NCBI GenBank assembly: GCA_951406725.2
Contig: OX597824.1
Location: 5,890,001 to 5,954,000 of the forward strand
Source of the DNA: Octopus vulgaris
Taxonomy: Eukaryota
Reading direction: 5' to 3'
Length of the DNA: 64,000 bases
This document shows positions 59,166 through 64,000 of this stretch, piece by piece; position 1 is the first letter of the stretch, and every line of letters begins with the position of its first letter. The position numbers and the translations under genes are program-made. Below the pieces are notes generated by a model, which had not been told where the DNA came from, searched no databases, and saw nothing but the letters and a program-made list of their open reading frames with translations.

Positions 59166-60089
59166 AAATATTGTTGATGAACATTTTCTGTGACATGACT
59201 TCGTCTTAAAGCAGAGATATAATTCAGTTGTGAAGCACCTCAATAGGAAATGAAACACTATCATGAACCCAATAGGATGTAAAATGATCTTTGTCATACG
59301 AACTTGACCTAATGATAAAATCGATTTCTTTGAATTGGCTTCAAAGGAGAAAGTGGAAAGATTGGCTGTGTAATATGACTGGATGTGTTAAGGCATTGGT
59401 GCAGAGCATTACTCACCAGAATAATTGGCCTCACACACAGTTAAACAAAATGGATCTTGAGCAAAAGAATTTTCATGACTTATAAAACATTTGAGTTCCT
59501 TTTAATTAACTATGCGTTTGACAAGACATTTAAGGAAAATGTCATAATCGATTGAATAAGCACGAAGTATCGCTAAACACACGTTATACATATTTCAGAG
59601 GCAAATTAACCCGAACGAATCATTTTGTAGGAAACGTTTAAAGAAGAAATAATTACAGCCTTGGGATTGTTTTAGTAATTCTGTTTGTGACTGTTTTAGC
59701 AATTCTGCTTAAAAAAATATTATCATCATCTATGCTTAGAATACAAAATTATTAGTTCTTGGGGTGATCTATATCAATTATTGAATAAAGTTGACATCCA
59801 TGCAATCTGCTAATAGAAAGTAACTGATATGTAGTGCTATTACGAAGCCACTGCTAGATATGAAATTTGTCTTTGAATGGTGAGGCCTGTCAAGAAAAGC
59901 ATTTGGGGTATTTATTTTTATTTCATATATTAAAGATATTAGAAGCATCGAAATACAGCGTGAGAAGTCTTCGAAAATTTGAGAAGAAAAAAATACATAT
60001 TTGACAATTATATATATCATTTTAAAACAAAATTTAACAATCTTTTAAATATAAATACAGAAAATGTGTGAAGTAATGTTTTACATGAA

Positions 60090-60490
60090 TAAGGTGGCAA
60101 GCTGGCAGAAACGTTAGCACGCTGGGCAAAATGTTTAGCAACATTTCGTCTGCCGCTATGTTCTGAGTTTAAATTCTGCCGAGGTCGACTTTGCATTTCA
60201 TTTTTTTCGTGGTCGATTAAATAATGTACCAGTTACGCACTTGGGTCGATATAATCGACTTAATCCGTTTATCTGTCCTTTTTTGTCATCTCTATGTTTA
60301 GTCCCTTGTGGGTAGTAAAGGAATGGGTATTCGCCTATTTTTTTGTTTTGAGTTCAAATTCCGCCGAGGTTGACTTTGCCTTTCATCCTTTCGGGGTCGA
60401 TAAAGTAAGTGCCAGTTGCGTACTGGGATCGATCTAATCGACTGGTCCCCTCCTCCAAAATTTTGGGTCTTGTGCATAGAGTAGAAAAGA
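60090..60490 (+). mobile_element. SINE S1, dimeric copy
   Basis: Head aaggtggcaagctggcagaaacgttagc; core present twice. Confidence 0.9.
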
Positions 60491-60720
60491 ATATCTTGCA
60501 TGAATACCTTTCGGTATTTATTTCTCTGATAATGTATCAAACTACGCTTAAAGCCAGACACCAACGAGGAACTTTTTCCATTACGTTTCGCCCACTTTGA
60601 CAATTAAACTTCTTAGACGCTTCCTTCTGTAAACAAAGCATTTGAGTTTGCTTCAAGCTATGATATAATATTCATGCAAATTTACATCGCCTGAGGATGG
60701 CTTTCAGTAAACTTAGCTAA

Positions 60721-60821
<101 letters not shown>

Positions 60822-60902
60822 ATATACTCACACACCCAAATACAAACACACACAGAATTGCGCGCATGCATACGTCAATCTACGTAGCTAGTTAAACAGC
60901 TA

Positions 60903-60957
<55 letters not shown>

Positions 60958-60964
60958 GTATGTA

Positions 60965-61202
60965 TGTGTATACGAGTAAATCTAAGAACAAAAAAATAAT
61001 AAACTGGAAAGGACAACAAATATCAATTGACCGAATACAGTGAATATATGAAGCTGACGCTCGGTGAAAATTTAGACGGAGAACGAGGAGCAGAAATGAC
61101 GTTTCGAGCATGAGTCTTCATCGGATACGGGAAAACTTCCAGAGAAGAGGAAAAAGAGGAAGAGACTGAGAATCCGGAGCAAAGCACGTGTGTCGGTCAC
61201 GC
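60965..61202 (-). mobile_element. Family E-related element with a degenerate U4C hammerhead motif (61095-61128)
   Basis: Minus strand CCGAUGA-A-GACUCAUGCUC-GAAA-C-GUC; same gtgaccg 5' terminus as the 11858 and 55336 copies. Confidence 0.55.
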
Positions 61203-61385
61203 GACCCCCCAAAATAACCGACCGGAATTTGGAGACAGAGAGACAATGGTTTTTTTTAAAGGAGGTGAATGCAAACATAACCCATGTGTGTGGGGGTAGT
61301 GATACTTGTGCATGTGTATGTGTGAATGCGAACAGCGCATTTCTACATTAGTACGTGTGTGCTTGTGTGCGTGTGTGTGTGTGTC

Positions 61386-61416
<31 letters not shown>

Positions 61417-61727
61417 GTGAATGTAACAAGTTGGTAGCAGTAGGATGTGAGCTCGGAAGGCTGGGTGATGTGTGTATGTGTGTGTGATTGCGTGATGGTG
61501 TCGTTGTGCACGTATGTGTTTGTATGTGTGCATATGAGGGATTCATTTGGATATGAAATGCGCGTAATTGAATGCTAGCGAACGCCATATTGGAGGGTCA
61601 CTATAATGTACTTATCTGATTTCTTGTCCCTTAAAAGAGATACTAGGGACGACAATATGTGTGAGCGGTGATAGAGATGGGGACAAGGTTCTTAAATTGA
61701 TATTTTCTTGTAGAATTTCTTCATATA

Positions 61728-62139
61728 GGCGTAGGAGTGGCTGTGATAGGCGTAGGAGTAGCTGTGTGGTAAGTAGCTTGCTTACCAACCACATGGTTCC
61801 GGGTTCAGTTCCACTGCGTGGCAGCTTGGCCAAGTGTCTTCTACTATAGCCTCGAGCCGACCAAAGCCTTGCGAGTGGATTTGGTAGACGGAAACTGAAA
61901 GAAGCTCGTCGTATATATGTATATATACGTTTGTGTGTGTATGTGTTTGTCCCCCCCCCAACATCGCTTGACAACTGATGCTGGTGTGTTTACGTCCCCG
62001 TAACTTAGCGGTTCGGCAAAAGAGACCGATAAAATAAGTACCAAGCTTACAAATAATAACTCCTGGGATCGATTTGTTTGACTAAAGGCGATGCCCCAGC
62101 ATGGTCACAGTCAAATGACTGAATCAAGTAAAAGAGTAA
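61728..62139 (+). mobile_element. SINE S2, full copy with a 21-bp tandem duplication at its 5' end
   Basis: ataggcgtaggagt(g/a)gctgtg at 61725-61745 and 61746-61766; the rest is colinear with the 43050 copy. Confidence 0.92.
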
Positions 62140-64000
62140 ACATCAGCTTTATTAACGGACAGATTCATGATTCATTTTTAACAGTTAAACTCAATTGCCA
62201 AGAGTAGATTTCTTTCATCTGCTTATGTATGAGCTGTATTTCAACTATGCTTCAGTTTATGCGATTAATGATTGCTGCGCACTTCTATTACGAGAGGTAC
62301 TGCAACAGGGAACAGTGGTCAAAATATTTTCGACTTTAAAGGAACTAATGTGTGTGTGTGTCTGTGAGTGTATGCGCGCGTGTGTGTGTGTGTATATGTG
62401 TGTGTGCGTATGCTAGTGGAAATACATTTTGTTTTAAATACACTATCTCTTTAACCTACGTATTTAGTTCCATTACCCTCAGAAGATATTGTCACTGGGG
62501 CCCCTTTCTACTTCTGCTGTTTTACCGGCAGCACATCGTATTACTGCAAGGGCATCCTAACTGTAAAGTTTGTGGGTTTTCCTCCTACGACTGTATTGTA
62601 TTTGGGAATTTTGAGATGCAATGCTATCTGAACGACTACATCGAACATTGATATTGTAATTATTTAAAGCTTTACGACACTTCTTTAGTAAGGGAATGTA
62701 TATTTATCATAGTGAAGAGATTATGAGTTAAATACGATATTTCTGAGTGTCATATAAGGCAGTAGCTTCCTTCTTTGTTCTACTATTATTTGCATTTACG
62801 AATGCGCTATTTTAGCTGAGTAAGGATTGCCGAAGATATCATTGCTGGACGCCTGTTGAATATTCTTTTACTTAAGTTATCTAATAAGTATCTCCTAATA
62901 CATTATACGTTCTGTTACTTTTCGTGAAACGATAGGTTGCAATTTGGGGAAATTGTGTCTCCTACTATAGGACAGATAGAATTGCCACGTAAATGTACGT
63001 TCGTTGAATCAAGCATCTTATAGAAAAAGAAGAAAAAAATCCAAATAACGAAGCGCAAACCCCTATTTACGCACTAACTGAAACGAATTACTTTTGCTTG
63101 AAAGTCAAATGATATTCTCCTACTTTGCGTACAACATATGCAACAAAATATTGATTTCTACCACAGAAATACGGCTAAAAATACGGCGACTCTCCCCGAC
63201 TCTTGATTAATACCTTATTTTATGGGCAGCTGAATCATGAAGGGCAAATTCGAACTCGTTCATATTTGAACTGAAAATATACAAGAATACGCCCAAATAC
63301 TGCGAGACGTTTTGACAGACACTTTCCCAATTCTGCCGCTTCACAACCCTCAAAACATTAAGAGTGCCCATTCCGTGTTCGTAAATATCGATTTTATTGT
63401 AATGTACATATGTACAATTCGTAATACAGATATTTGCCAATATCTTAATGTAATAAAATATGTCTCTAACACCCGTATAATTTCTGCTTTTAGCACTACG
63501 ATATTTTCATAGAATATAAATGATAACACCTCATATTTCTGTATTAGTAATTTAAACTTCAATAGAAATCCAGTCCTCACCACTATTAATGGTTCCTCAC
63601 CAGAGTAGTGACTGTTTATGATACATCGCTGCTACAATAAATCATGATTTCAAAGGCCTGCAAATAAAAGAAATTATTTGTTATAAATTTCTCAATGGAT
63701 ATATGAGCTATTATATACACGTTACAGGTACATTAAAGGAAACATTTCTTTTTTTCTTCAACGTGGAGATCTTCCTATATTATCAAAACACACAAATATT
63801 AGAATTAAGGTAGTTTTCTGTGTTTTTATAATTCGTGCCATCGATCGAAACGTAAACCCATAACAGAGTATCGTGTTTCTTGATCTTGTATTGCCTTAAA
63901 TGTGTTCATAATAATGCACGCTTGGAATAAAAAATGACGATATTAACAATTTAACCATATCAGAATTTATGACGTAATGGACATTGTATATGAGAGAAAG

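Overview
AT-rich, microsatellite-dense eukaryotic non-coding DNA (intergenic or intronic). It is most likely octopus/cephalopod, inferred from the tRNA-derived SINE families and repeat landscape. I can support no host protein-coding exon; almost all ORF-track entries are translated (TA)n/(TG)n/(AAT)n/(GAT)n microsatellites. The window is a mosaic of decayed mobile DNA: three tRNA-SINE families, a ~0.5 kb AAT-associated repeat (5 copies), mariner, pogo, R4/Dong-type, RTE-type and CR1-type remnants, and a Penelope GIY-YIG remnant. The most interesting signal is a set of short non-coding, often fold-back elements, mostly inside (TA)n tracts. Several carry minimal type-I hammerhead ribozyme motifs with C3-G8, G3-C8, U3-A8 or U4C core variants and compensatory stem changes. 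All alignments and folds were done by eye, so coordinates are approximate.
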